The notes beneath the pieces were generated by a model. The model ran no database searches. It saw only the letters and a list, made by a program, of their open reading frames with translations, and was not told the DNA's origin. 64,000 nt of DNA from Amoebophrya sp. A120 (taxonomy: Eukaryota > Protista > Dinoflagellata): the NCBI GenBank assembly GCA_905178155.1, contig CAJINV010000008.1:62001-126000 (forward strand). The letters are read 5' to 3'. Made by a program: the position numbers and the translations under genes. This document shows, piece by piece, positions 12,387-25,650 of the stretch. How positions within the stretch are numbered: position 1 is the stretch's first letter; each line of letters starts with the position of its first letter.

Positions 12387-14070
12387 GCGCGAAATAATCA
12401 AGGTGTGCTGTCACATGAGATGGAGAGCGACCAATAATTCCTCTGAAACAGTTTCTACAACCACACAAGCACTGAACGCCATTAACGCATCAACATCTAG
12501 GATTCTGATGACACGAATAAATAGCTGCAGCTTGTTGAAGCAGCGGACGATAGAATATCTTCGGGCGGCTTGCTGCCCTAATAAAGACACACTTACGCCA
12601 CGACCAGCACGACACTTATATTCATTGCGTTGCGGATGCGGAAGACGAAGAGGCCCGGCATCAATATATAAAATTAGATCCAACGCTCCTGACCCTGACT
12701 TCAATACAAGATAAAAATGCTTATCTCCTTCGCTCTCATCGCTACCCAGAGCTGATTGATAATGACAAGCTCCTGTTTTTTTTTCCACGTGTCTGACCCG
12801 AGCCATTTCGTCGGTCCCTGCTCGTCCCGTGGCCAGGTATCAATATCTATGCGTCGCGCATCAACAGCAACTTGTACCGATGAGGCAGAGAGCACGTATA
12901 GAGCACCAGGGCATACACGTCGCAAGCACGGGTGCTGCGAGCGAGGCTCCCGCGCGGCTTCCGCCACACACTGTCACTGCGTCTCTCGCTGCTGTGACCA
13001 AGTGATAATTCGCCTCTTTTCAACATGTTGTTTCATTTCGCAAATAGATACAAGAGTTCCTAATTGTAAATACAGGGCTGCGAAAGCGAATCGGTCACAT
13101 ATTTTCTTGAGAGTTGTTGAGAGGTTCGTTGCGGCTCTCGTTCTCATCACCACCGCACGAAAGCAAGTCTAAATAGAAATACTTTTGAAGCACATTATAA
13201 AGTTGAAAAGAAGGTGTAGATCTAGATGGCAGTGGGAGCACCAGCATACTTCTTGGCGGTCACAGCTAACGCTCCACTTAACCATGAAGCTCGTGATAAA
13301 CTAGTCTAGTCTAAATGATAAAATGAGTCGACGATGCTGATGCTCGGTTTATCTTGATTCATTTTTGCGTAAAAAAGTTGTGTGCAATAATTGGTTGGAA
13401 TCCAACTATAATGTGGTCAAATTAATTTTGGTTTATTTTGTCTTTTCTTTCTTGTTTATATTGGTTGGATGGATTCGAAAAATCAACAGCTGTCCTGCTT
13501 GTAGGTATAATTGGCGACACTGCTGCTTTTATCTACGGCGCAGCACAGAGCGGAGACGATTAGACGGGTCCGACCCGCTAATTGCTCTCCAGTCCGTCTA
13601 TGGTTCCCGCCGTTGGCAAAATTTAAAGCTGTATTCTCAACATCTTCGGAATTTTGGCTGTTGCCGACATTCTGAGATGTCATCTCCGATCAGCCCACCT
13701 CAACTTTTGCGCATTAAATAGCAGTAGCATTATCTGCGAAGCTGAAAGCTCTTGTCCGGCTTTCTCGGCGGGCAACGAATTCGAACTGCATTATCATTGA
13801 TTGCGATCAAATGGAAATAGTTCATCGGATTTCGATTTTTTGATTACCTTTAAGTTTGTTTTTGATTTACCGTCTAAACTAAGCTTGATGTTGTAACATA
13901 CTGTCGTGATGTCGTCTAGCGAATGAAATTAGAAAGTCAGCATTATCTGTTCCTTCTTGTTCTGCGTTACCTCGACCGTGATCAAGGTACGCGTACGCGG
14001 CGTTTCTTTTATCACTGGAGTTCTTCTCGTGGTCTTTTTACTTTGACTGATAAACGACGCGCTCCTGCTT

Positions 14071-17000
14071 TTACCGAGAGTCCGGCTTTACAAAGTTGTT
14101 TCGCTGGGCCGCTGGCTTCATCGTGTCAAGACGATTGGGATCGTAGTTGCCGGTCTGCCACTTGTCCAGCACTCGTTCGCTAGGAATGCGGCGGTCGCTT
14201 GCCATTGTCCGTGCGGTCGTTCTACTGGTGCTTTGATTTCCGCCCGGGATTGACTGCGCGGGGGCTCGGCTCGGGCCCCTCTCGAAGTCGATGCTTGCTT
14301 GCCATCCCGGTCTGTTCTGGCTTTCCTGCTTCGAGACCGCCCCGCCGTCTCCTACCAACCTTGGCGGCCCGGGGTCTATGGCACCGCTGGAGCCGTAGCT
14401 CGTTCCCGAATACGGTCGGCTCCCTCCGCGGGTCCCGCCGAATTTCTGTTGATTGTTGTTCGACGCACCGGCGGCTCCACTTCCGGACAGCGGCCTGCCT
14501 GCTCCCCCTATTCGCGCCTTCATCTCGAAGGCGTAGCTGTGCTCACCCTCCATTATGTTCTTGCCGTTCGAGCTCGGAGGTGCCGGTGAATCGAAGTCAT
14601 GCAAGAGCCGCGAGGACGTGGGACTGCCTTGCGATTCCATCTGGAACCTGTCGTAATTTTGCCGGCTGGAGCTATCGCCCGGCGGAGGACTCTTCTGCCT
14701 CCCGCCGTGTTGCGACATGCGACTACTAGCTTTGTTTCGGCTGTTCAGCTGGTGCAGCGGCGGAGGTATTCTTTTCCGCGCAGCGCCGGTCTTTGCTTTA
14801 GCTTTGGCCTTTCCGACGGCCGGTAGTCGCCCGCTGTCGGGAGCTTTGGTTTCTGTGGCTTTGCCGTACATGTCCTGACCCCCTAGACCGGTCAAACCGC
14901 CGGCCGTACCTAGGAAGTCGTCCGCGCCCTTCACGTTGAAAGCAGGATCTAGCTTCTCCTCGGTTGGGTCTTCGCTGGTGTATTTCACGCCCTGGTCTGC
15001 CACCTCCACACAGACCCTGTTGTTACGAGGCATCAGTTTTGCCTACTATGCAGGACAGTGTGGATGTAGATGTTGATGTTGAAGCATTCCTACTTTCATC
15101 GCCATTTCGCAATGGCATTCATGTATTCCCACAGTTGAGGGGAGAGACCACCTCGAAACAAATCCAAGTTCTTGCTAAAGGTTCAACTAAAACTTCTGGC
15201 TCTACTTCTTTTACTCGATGTCGATGAGCGGCTTTGACTCCGGTGCTTTGACCGTAACATCAAGGAAAAAAGATCGAGTTGTCACTAGCAACCTGTACCT
15301 GAGTTGGTTCCCTGAATGGACGTTTATTTGTCCCGTTGCGGTTTTGATGACACTTGTTACGCCCTCCATGACCCTCAATTGATCGTTGATTTTTTGGATG
15401 CCCCCGCCAGTCAGCGTGTTTCTTCTTAGGTCGAGGGCCTTCAAATACGGAGTTTGCATTACCAACTGGAGTAGCTGGTTTACGGCGTCGTCGGTCAGAC
15501 CTGAAAATTTGAGAGGTTTCACCTTCAAGAACATGCATTTTTTCACTGTCACGCGGATTACACATACTCCTTTTCTTCCTCTTTCTGATGCAGATTATTA
15601 ATTTCATTCTCGTAGAAAACATAAAGATAAAGAGTAAAAAACTTCAGAGTTGTGAGTGTCAGAGCAAGAGACGTACTTACTATAATACCGTTTTCGGCAA
15701 GCGAGATGAAGTAAACTTTTTCTTGAATTTGGTATCGCTGGAGCAGCGATGTGAGTTCCTGCAACTCTCTCGGCGTCAGGTTCAGGCCGTCGAGGTTGAT
15801 ATTGTGGTGGTCTCCAGACTCGAAGAGATTCATCATATACCGCACCAGCGCACGTGTTTTGTAGCTCTCAAACATCGACGTCTTTTCGAAGAGGACCAAG
15901 TTCTTCTGCCGAAGCGCGGATACCAAGCTATTGGACTTTGCTAAGTCGCCCAGGTACTGGTCGCAATGCCCTGAAATATGTTTATGAGTATGGGAATGGG
16001 TAATATGACACCACGACAATGAAATTTATCTGTAAATGCGTTGCTCTCTTCCTCAATAAGGATCGCAAGTTTCTTGCCATTGTCGTGTGCTTGTGCACTT
16101 GTAGTGACATTGTATCTGTAACATGACAAAACCTTTCCATCAGAACATATTGGTGTCGCCTAGGCACGCGATTCTCGCCGATAGTCCTGATTCTGATTGT
16201 ACTACATGCGCATGCCAATCTTTTCCTTGCCAACTGAGTGATTAATCATGAGAAGAATTTTAGTTTTACATGCAACTCCAAATCGACAGCATTAGAAACT
16301 CATGTGTACCTTGCGCCGTATGCAGTAGCTCGAGTAATTGTGCAAGTTTTTCGACGCTTATCCCAACTAAATTTACCCTCACCGTCACTACGGAGACGCA
16401 AACTGTTTAAACTTTCGTTTAAAGGAAATGTCGCAATAGTCATTGTATTTCGATTTTGTTGAGGATTTTAAATCCTCAAACAAAATCAAATTTTAAATCC
16501 ACAAAAGCAAGTAAATTTTACTTGCTTTTGTGGATTTTCAAGCACAGGTTGAGGTTGCGCGAAGAGGACAATGCTGCTGCTATAACGTTCATGCCCGGCA
16601 ACATACACGTAAGGTCCCATGGTTCAAGCATGGTATGGCGCTCGCGCTGGTGGTGGGGGCGAAAATTTAACAAAAGATAACGAGGCTCGGCACTGGATTC
16701 TTGTTTTGCTGCGCCTCGTACAGGAATTCGTTTATCTGCAGCTTCTCGAGAAGAGTCGACTCGTTGCTCTGAATCAAAATTGGGCGCTGCCTCCCTGTCT
16801 CATCCAGCACATCTTCTCGTTTTACATACTCCAACTCTGCCCTGTGTTTTGTAGTGAAATGAATTTCAGATTCAATTTGGTAGTTTCGTTTATAAGGGTA
16901 ATCCTGTTCCTGATTTATTCGTTTTTCTGAATGACAGACACTGACACGTCGCCACGTAGCCGCAACAGAAAACAAGAATAAGCATGTGGACATACTACAC

Positions 17001-20000
17001 TACCAGCAACACTCTGAGTCTGATCACCACTACCTTAGATTCACCGTGGTTTCTCTGATATCCTGCAGAGCCAGGTCCAGCTTGTCAATCTCTTCTCGCA
17101 AGAGATTGTTCGTTTTTGACATATCTGCGAAACGATCCGCGGACTTCTTGATTTCGCCCTTCAGACTGGACTTCTCTTCCTCTTGACCGTCTATTCTGGA
17201 CGCCAAATACGCGTTTTGCGTTTGCAGCGCGTTTATCTGCTCGTTCAGCTCGACGATATGCTTTCCGATCTGTATCAGTGTTCGTCGATTTTTGTTTTCT
17301 ATTTTTACTTTCTTAATCTTATAGTGTCTTTCACAACTACAAAAGGTCGCTGTCTGAGCCTAGCTCTAGTCATGGAGACTAGAAGTGCGGTGGACCACGC
17401 CGGCAGCAAAAAATGTTGGACAAAATTTAGGAAGAAGGAGATCACGACTCAGTGAAGACTTGTACCTGTTCCTGCATATTCTGCGCGGTTGCTATGCTTT
17501 CCTCGATTTTCTTGTTTTTCTTTTTGAGAAGGGCGGACTCAGAGTCAGCGTCGCGCTTCTCTTGCTCCGCGATTTGCTTGGCGTCGAGTTCCATCGAGAT
17601 CTTCGACTGCACGTTGGCGATCAGCTTTTCGGTATTCGAAAACTTTTTCTGCTTTGCTGAATTCTCGGCTTCCATGCGCTTCAGCTCCACCTGGTTCAGG
17701 CGCAAACTATCCATCAGGCCGTACACCTTGTCGGCCATCTCTCGAAACTTCTCCGCGGACCGCCGGTTCTCCTCGTGCAGTTGCTCGTTGGACTTCTCCG
17801 CGGTGTTCAGCGTCTTCTTGAGCACGTCAATCTGCGACTCCAGGCTTTCTATCTTCTGCTGCAGAGAGGCCTTGTCTCGCTCGAAAGAGCCACGCTCATT
17901 CTGTTTTGGTTGAAAAGTAGGTCGCGGATGATGTGAAAAGTAGAAGAACACATAATTCTTGGCACAACTACAGATCATGACGTGCCACGAACATCATTTC
18001 GTCCCATGAATTGTTGACACAGGTCGTGCAGCAACAGCACAATTGTGACAACTCAACAACAAGAAGATAAATACCTCGTCTCCGTCCATTTGCTTCTTCA
18101 TTTGTTCGATCTCCTTCTTTAGCCCTGACGCAGTGTCCCTGAGTCCGGCCAGCTCCTCGTTGAGGTGCTGTTCGCGGGTGTCTTGCTTCTGCAGCTGCTG
18201 CATGTATTCAACATTTTTGTTGGACACCACCGTGAGCACTTGGTTCAGAGCTTCGATGTCCACCTGGGTCTGCGCATCCACGCTGGCAATGTCCGCTCGT
18301 AAGGACTCGTTCAGTTGCCGAAACTCGCGGAGCTGATCTGCTGTTTGCAGTATCCCGTATAAAAACGTCCCCACCCCAGAGTCAGCCTGGGGATTTTGCA
18401 GCACAAGCCTAGAAGTTTGGGGACTCACGCATCACAAGTTGCAGTCCGTAGTGTAGTGCAGGTTACTAGCAAGGACAAACGCGTCACAAATCCATCTGCT
18501 TATCCTGGTTACAGCATTACAAATTCCAAAACACGACTAGAATGAAACGCCTCTCATGGAGATGCGCATTACAAATGTTCCATTAACCTCAGCCGTCCCG
18601 TCGTGTAATTCAATTTTTGAAGCATTTTTGACGAATTTGTGAAGAAAGGCCATTTTGAAAATGGACCCACTACGCACAGCGATTTTCCGAGCTCTTTCCG
18701 CCTGCTTCCCGACAACCGAAACAGGGGCGCGACGGCAAACAAAGCGCGCTCCGTGTCCCCGCGTGCGCGGCATTTCTCCCTTTCCCAAGTCGCGGTTTGT
18801 TACGATGGTGTCACGCGACAAAAACGCGACATATGGCAAAGACGAAGCTGCCAAGGTCAAATCGGCTGCAGCTTCCAAACAGCCCTTGGTGTGGCAAGCC
18901 GCTAACAAAAGCGACGGTCCCCAGTGGTATGTAAACACCAACGCCACAACTCTCACCAAAAGAGGTGGGCTTCCAATCCTATGGATGCAGCTACAGAAGT
19001 ACAGTTAGCGGCCCGAAGGGCCGCGCGCCCCGGGCTTTTCATGCGAGTTGGTCGCCCGAAGCCGAAAGGGCGCGGACGAACCAACGTCATTTGGTTGCAG
19101 ATGAATCTTGAGAACGCCGGAACCTGAAGCGAAGTCCCGACACTTCAAAAAAAAGTCAGGACATTTTTGAAGAGAGTCAAAAAAGAGTCAAACGCAAGTC
19201 AAAATTGACCGTCACAATAGGGGACGCAGAACTTGACTTTTTTTTGACTCTCTTCAAGAATTTCTTGATTGCCGTCAAAAGTTGTTTGATTGCCGTCAAA
19301 AATTGCTTGATTGCCGTCAAAAATTGTTTGATTGCCGTCAAAAATTGCTTGATTGCCGTCAAAAATTGCTTGATTGTCGTCAAAATATCTTGACGGCCGT
19401 CAAAATATCTTGACCGTCTTCAAGTCTAGGTGACTGCGTTCAACAATTGTGGATCTTCCTCAACAATTGTCGACCGGCTGCACTTACCGGCGAATTGACC
19501 GGATGCATTCTTGTTGATTCCCCGCAACAAGTGGCGACTGTTTCAGGATCGTCTGAATCCAAATCAGCCATCCTTCAGAGGCTGACTCAGGGGCGGGGCA
19601 GAGCGACGTGATATTGCTTCGCACGACTGCCGCGGATGACACGCAATATTGTGCACGCGATTCACCACGCGCCCGCACGAGGAGACGAGTGGAGTCGGGT
19701 CGCAGCAAGGACTGCAACGTCACAACCAGCGGACTTCGAGCCCCAAAAACAGCAGGCAAGAGCTTCGCTTTTTCAAAAAGTGCTTTCTTCACAAATGCTT
19801 CAAAAATTGATCAAAAATCAGTAGCACAACAGGCGGTCTAGCGTTAATGTTCCAGTCATTGCAAATCTGCATCACAACTCTGGGGTGGGGATCATGTTTT
19901 TACAAATGATATGCAGGGACTCTTCCTTCTTGCCCTTGATCAGGTTTTCGATCTCCTCCTTGATTTTGTCGAACTCGCCCTCGAGGACCTTCAGGCTGTT

Positions 20001-20793
20001 GTTCTCCTCATCGAGCTATGCAATACAAATTTCCCGTACATGTACAAGATGCATTACAAATTTCACCAATTTGAAGCGTAAAACTTGCCATGCTAGACTA
20101 GGATCGAAGCCAATTTTTGTCATGCAAAGACCGCATGCGTACGTGTACGGGAAATTTACTGTGGATACGAGCTCCCCTATCTTTGCGACCAGGTCCCGCG
20201 TTTTCACTTCCTCCAGCTCCAACAGTTCGAGCATCTGTTGGTTCTGCTGGGACAGGACGCGGACATGCTCGTCCTTGGAGATCAGCTCGGTTTTTTCCTG
20301 CACCAAGGCGTCCTGCAAAACTTGAATCTTCTGCTGCACCGAGGCTGTCTCCACCAGCATCTGCTGCTCCTTGTCCTCCCATTCTCGCACAAGTCCTGTT
20401 GGCGAAAATAAATGTTTTCCAAAGCAATTTTGTTTCGTTTGTTGGCACTTTTATATAACGTGACAGCCCTGATGAAATAAATGAGTCAACACAGAATTTT
20501 TGCTTATGGCTACCCCGAGAAATAAAACAATGCTGCGCCGATAGTAGTGAAGAGCAACAATTCAATTTCAACAGAATACGTAATGTGTTGTCGCGCTCGT
20601 CTTCGATATTTTCCAAGGCTTGCAGAACATTGTTGTTCTGCTCCTGTAAAAAGGCGATTTCGCTTGCCCGGAAACCAGCTTCGCCAGTGGTATCTTCTTG
20701 CTGGTTCGGATCCTGCTCCAAAATCGAACTGGTGCTCTGCATGGCCCGGCTGTCACTCTCCGCCGGGCCGCGGCTCGCCTCGGAGGCTGCCAT
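14071..20793 (-). CDS. Multi-exon coiled-coil protein with C-terminal leucine-rich repeats
   Basis: Reconstructed frame. GT-AG introns: 20396-20579, 17901-18074, 17270-17465, 16842-17033, 15971-16309, 15501-15688, 15017-15298. Introners: 20017-20167, 18351-19911, 16359-16679. Heptad-rich E/K/Q/L exons. LRR motifs INLDGLNL, ISLAENGL, LDLRRNTL. Confidence 0.8.
16359..16679. mobile_element. TAT...ATA introner (321 bp), degenerate TSD
   Basis: Ends TATCCCAACTAAATTTACCCTCACC and revcomp TATCTTTTGTTAAATTTTCGCCCCCACC. Removal plus 5 nt gives PVPSL-VEKLAQLLELL in frame. Internal palindromes. Confidence 0.75.
18583..19847. mobile_element. Nested non-autonomous TIR element (~1.26 kb) with 7-9 bp target duplication
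   Basis: AATGTTCCA at 18574-18582 and 19846-19854. Termini TTAAC.../...GTTAA. Imperfect ~75-bp TIR including TCAATTTTTGAAGCATTT and GTGAAGAAAG. Absent from the homologous element at 54324-54602. Confidence 0.85.
19265..19418. repeat. 21/20-bp minisatellite (TTGATTGCCGTCAAAAATTGC), ~7.5 units
   Basis: Units start at 19265, 19286, 19307, 19328, 19349, 19370, 19390 and 19410. There are no unique spacers. Confidence 0.95.
20017..20167. mobile_element. TAT...ATA introner (151 bp), TSD CGAGC
   Basis: 18/19 inverted repeat AAATTTCCCGTACA(T/C)GTAC at 20027-20045 and 20139-20157. CGAGC at 20012-20016 and 20168-20172. In frame either by exact removal or as GT-AG intron 20016-20168. Confidence 0.88.
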
Positions 20794-23307
20794 ATTGTTC
20801 TTCTTGCGAGAAGGACTCTACGTCTTGGTCTTCTACTCCGCGACCGAGGCTTTATCTACTTACTTGCCGTCAGAGGCTTCTGCTCCTCGTCCTCACCAAA
20901 AATGCACCGCAGCGCCGCGAATAGAATCACTCATCGGCGGAAGCAGGGTGATGAGTCGGGGGGCCTGATGATGCTTTAGTAATCGTTACCCACACGTCGA
21001 CCACGTACCTGTTTGAGAAGATCTCCTTCTGCTGCTTCTTCGTGGAAAGCGTGGCACCGTGCAGCGGGCCGCGTCAACTATCGATTTACTGGCTCTCACA
21101 AAAATGACGTAAAATCCATGTCGACTCGTTTTTTTTGTAAGATTTTATCGTCTTATAAGTTGACCTTCACCTTTCACTTCTACCAAATTGCTCGTCTATC
21201 ATGTCCTATCATAATTAGCCTCATTCCATAATATCCATAATTGATGCTGCCGATTGGTTTGTGATGCTGGGGAATATCATCCAACGAAAACGATGACGAA
21301 TCGAACGATATAAGAGAACTAGGCTCAGTCACGACCACGGGGTCCAGGACCACACACAACTAACTATGTCTAACCCTCTCTCCATGTCTATGTGTGTCCT
21401 CTCGTTATTCTCATTCTCTCGGATCATTCCAAAACGTCATAACTCTCTCGTCTACACGATAATGAGTTCCTCCCTCGCTATTTTCAACATATTTACAACA
21501 CTCTGCGCTGTCTCAACTCAGGTACAGAGCGAAGATGACGATAATCAATCTCAAACTCGATGGAGGGATACAAAATTAATTGGCATGGGCATGCACATGC
21601 AAGAACGGATACGAATCAATGCGATGGCACGATTAACGAATTAAATTCCGCTCATGCTTAAGTCATCCTTCTTTTTTACGAGGGAACACTTCGAGTTATA
21701 CAGATAGCTGACCACACGAAGACAGAGCCAGATGAACTCGCTAGCGTTTTTTCCTGTACTTCCGTGAAGTAGAGATGGATTTCCGCTGAAGTTGCGTGCT
21801 TTGAAAAAGCAAAGAAATCATGAAAAGTCTAATGCCGGCGCAATCGCGGCCTCATTCAAACCTTCTGTGGAAGCGTTGCACTTCTTGTGATAGAAACACT
21901 CCAACTCAATGCTCAAAGCAAGAAGCCGCGACCTTCTACCAAAAGCCATGTCGTCCACCACCTCGCTAAACGTTCATTATCTGAGATTTTCTTGATGCGA
22001 AATCAATGCGTATCACCATCACTGCATCTAGAAAAAGTGGGAGCGCGAAGGCTGATGCATTTCGTTCTCATACAGAAAAATCATGCAAGTGGTGTCTACT
22101 AATCGTTATCGTGTTATTTGTGTTGAATATGAAAGAATAATACCCTTGAAACCGTACTGGCCTGGCAGCGCACGAGGTTTGCGGTCGTCGAATCGTCACA
22201 GGTTGAAAGAGCGAACTTGTGATTGTAACACTGAAAGAATTCTTCTGCGAGAGGAGCGCAATCTTTCGATGATAATGATGCGACGCTCGTGACCGCCTGA
22301 AATTACATACATCACTGTGTGCGTAATTTGCATGATCATCATGTTTTATTTGAGCTTCCAGCCACAGGCAAAGGCAGAGAAGATTTTGCAGAAAGAATGA
22401 AAGTGAAAGAATGGGTAAGCTTGTTCTCAAGTACTTAGAATCGCGCTCCATCATCTCATCTGAAACAGCGCTTGAGCAAATTTCCTTAAAAAACAGCAAG
22501 GAACTGAATTCAGCAATTAGTATGGTGATGTACATATTGCAGCTGCTGTTTGCAGGCTTCGGGTCCTTTCTTGCTGACGCACTCCCGGAAGGACCGTACT
22601 TCCTGCCGTGCCTCCACCGGAGACGCCATTCTTGACGATCTTGCAATTATCTAAGTGCAGCCGCTGCCTCTGTTTCTTTATTTTTTTGGTTGGTGTCTCC
22701 ATTCGTATCCGGGTTCAACATAAGGGAGTACCCAACAGTACCAGTAGATAGTGCAATGGAAAATCCTTCTTGAGGATAAAGAAGATTGATCATACGGATG
22801 AAGTTCGTGGTTCATTACCAGGAATCATCGACGACGATTGAGAAGCAACAACGATTTATGCTTTGCAAGAGCAAGCAGACCGCTGCGAGCTCTATACACA
22901 ATGACATTAGGTGTACTCGACCATATTCTACTGGCAATTTGAGAAGGATACATGCAATCTCTTTGATGTGCGGAAGCAATGGGAGGAGCACGAGAGGATG
23001 AGCAAAAATAAATGTCGAATCAATTATAAGGTACGGAACCGAAAAAAAAGAAACAAGCACACGCGCCTGAACACGACAGGCATAAAAAACAGAATTGACA
23101 ATTGTCACATTGTCACGGAAATCGACCACAACTTTAGAGAAGCGATAACGTTCATCAGCCGTAGAGGCATGCGTTGGTTGCGCGAACAATCTTTGTATGC
23201 GAGTCTTATGTGCCACGATTTGTAGCACGATGATCAACACTTGTGCAGCTGTTGCAAGTGCAACATATTGATATGCCTCGAGAAATTCATAAGCATATTT
23301 ACATCTT

Positions 23308-25650
23308 CTATGCGACAAGTCGTGCGATGTTGAAGTTTTGTATGTGAAAGCGCCCATCCTCTCCGACGGAGAAGACATAATCTGCGTTGTTCCAAGCCGT
23401 AACCGCCATGACACAATGGACGTCATTGTTGTGCTTCTTGCTTCGGTGAAGTAGACGGTATTTCCTCTTGCTGTCGTGCGGAGTGGTTGTAAGTTGCTCG
23501 ATTTGCGCCAGTTCGGCAAGTTTGCTGGCCTGGTCCGTCCACCTGGTGCGAGTGTGAGAATGAAAAGTTCAATCTCAAATCAACATTCTGATACGCACGT
23601 AAATAAATGAAAATGAATGTTGGACGAAAACGAAAAGGAAAACTCGGGTTGTGAAAAAATAAATGGCGTTTTCCACTTCGCGAAAAATATAGTAGCCACC
23701 TGCCCTCGTTGTCCAGTTGCGTCTTTTGGGCGTACCGGAACTTGAGTTTCGTCTTTCGATTTGTCGCTTTGGTGGAAAAACTGTCTCCCGCAGTGTTCAG
23801 CAGAAACGTGCGCAGGGTGTTGTCGCCACAGCCGGTGAAGAGAACGTCATTCCCGACACCGTCGGGTAGGCGAGCCCAGCAGATACTGTACACGTAGTGC
23901 TCGTGCACCTTGTCGATCGCAAAGTCCTCCACCCAGTAGCGGTCGTGCAGGGAAGATTTGTCGTGCTGCGAGGCAATCTGCTCGTGCTCGGTGCCCGCGT
24001 CCGCGCCCGCAGAGCCGCCGGCGTGATTGCGGCTGAAGAAGCGCCCGAACAGCGGAATTCTGCTGCGCCAGGTCGTCGAGCCGGCCCTTTTCCCAGGCGA
24101 CGAACCAGACGCGCCGCCCTGCTGGCTGGACGTCCCAGCTCCCGCGTTCGCGGAGGTGCCCTTTGCGGTTGCCGCGTTTGATGCAGATGAACTCGCGTTC
24201 CCCGTTCGGCCCGACGAGGATGCAGTTGATGCGCTTCTCGTTCTCGAACCGCTCGACAAAGACGCTGATGCATGGGCGGCGGCTGTTGAAATGTTGCCTC
24301 CTGTGACCTGGGCGATACCCGTGAAAGGACCCGAGTCGCCACTGTTACGTTTGATAATGATCATGTGCGACAAAGTCAAAACATCAAAGAACAAACGTCA
24401 TCCTGTGTATAATTTCAAAGGTTGAGCAAACAATGAAAATGTATTCCAAAAAACGAAGGCAAGAGCATTCTTGTTCTCACGTACTTGAGCAGAAGCAGAT
24501 CGGTGGCAATTCTCTCGACGTCGTCCATGCGATCGCTTTGGGCGGTTTTTTTTCGATCCTTCAGCAGTTCGTAGTCTTCCAAGCCCTTCACTTCGCGCCA
24601 AACGCGGACGGTTTTGTCCTGGGAGCAACTTGCGAAGTGGGACCCGTCCGGGGAGTAGGCGAGGGACCACACGATGTTGGAGTGGTTGTCCAAGGTCATG
24701 TGCAAGCTCCACTCTTCGGGCGCGTTTTTCGCGTTCATGGCACGGTAAACGCGAATGGTGGAATCGAAGGAGCAGGACAGTAGTTCGTCTTCGCGGTTGG
24801 GGCGCCAGGCGAGGTACTTCACGTCGCCGGTGTGCTCTGTGAAGACCGCGATGCAGTCAAAAGAGTCCATGGCGTACAGGTAGACCGCCTTGTCGCGACC
24901 GGAGGTGGCACAGAAGGACCCGAAGGGGGAGAAGCGCACGCACTTCACCTCGTTGTCGTGACCGACAAACCGCTGGTATACGGCCCAGGGGGGCACGTCC
25001 AGCGGCGTGCTGGACACCAGTTCTACGTCCTCGTGCTTCACTTTGGCGCTGCCCGCGACGTTCTTCAGCGGCTCTCCGTTCGGGTTATGGTGCAGGATTA
25101 GTGTGATCGCGTCGAAGCTGGCGCACGCGAGCAGGATCCCGCCCTTGCCGGTGGGAGCCGGGGAGAAATCCAGCGAGCGTATCGTGCGCGCGCACTCCTG
25201 GGAGAGATCCACGCTGCAGTAGAACGCAAAGCCCCCTCGCGTCGCAGTGGCTGAAGGTCGCTGCAAAGTAGAGGACCCAGATGTCGAGGAAGATGATGTG
25301 GAGGCACCGGCAGCCGACGCTGTTGCAGTATTAACTCCGGACGGGGTGCTGGGGACGTATGTGCTAGACGAGGAGGAACTGGACCCGCCGTAGGATGCTT
25401 TACCTCTTGTACCAGCTGCTGCTGCTGCAGATGGTGCCCGCGATGGAGGATCGAAAAAGTCACTGCAATGCCGGTAGACGGCGATGTTCATGTTCGCACG
25501 ACTGACGGCGACAAGACCGATTTCTGGAGAGGACACCGCGCAGGTCCACAACACCTCCTCGACGCCGGCATTCGGCCGTCCGAAATCGTGCAACAACCTG
25601 GTCTCTGCCGAGACCGTATGCAGGTCCAGGTCAATTTTCTTGGTCGCCAT
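23308..25650 (-). CDS. CIAO1: Cytosolic Fe-S assembly WD40 protein CIAO1/Cia1
   Basis: LACASFDA, GHDNEVKCVRFS, EHTGDVKYLAW, LLSCSFDSTIRVY, HSNIVWSLAYSPDGSHFASCSQDKTVRVW, VHEHYVYSICW, HNNDVHCV. GT-AG introns 24342-24484 and 23543-23699. Confidence 0.88.

Larger units (their letters stand above)
18351..19911. mobile_element. TAT...ATA introner (1561 bp including a nested element), TSD TGCAG
   Basis: TIR TATC...TAAAAAC...TCCCCACCCCAGAGT at both ends. TGCAG at 18346-18350 and 19912-19916. Removal gives KKEESL-QTADQLREF. The body is homologous to 54324-54602. Confidence 0.92.

Noticed and set aside
19265-19418. Possible CRISPR array or coding repeat (MTTIKQFLTAIKQFL ORF)
   Set aside because: Contiguous tandem units without unique spacers, no cas genes, eukaryotic intron context. 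The ORF is a by-product of the 21-bp period.
18583-19847. piggyBac assignment from the TTAA at both ends
   Set aside because: The empty site in the homologous introner has no TTAA, and a separate 7-9 bp duplication explains the insertion.
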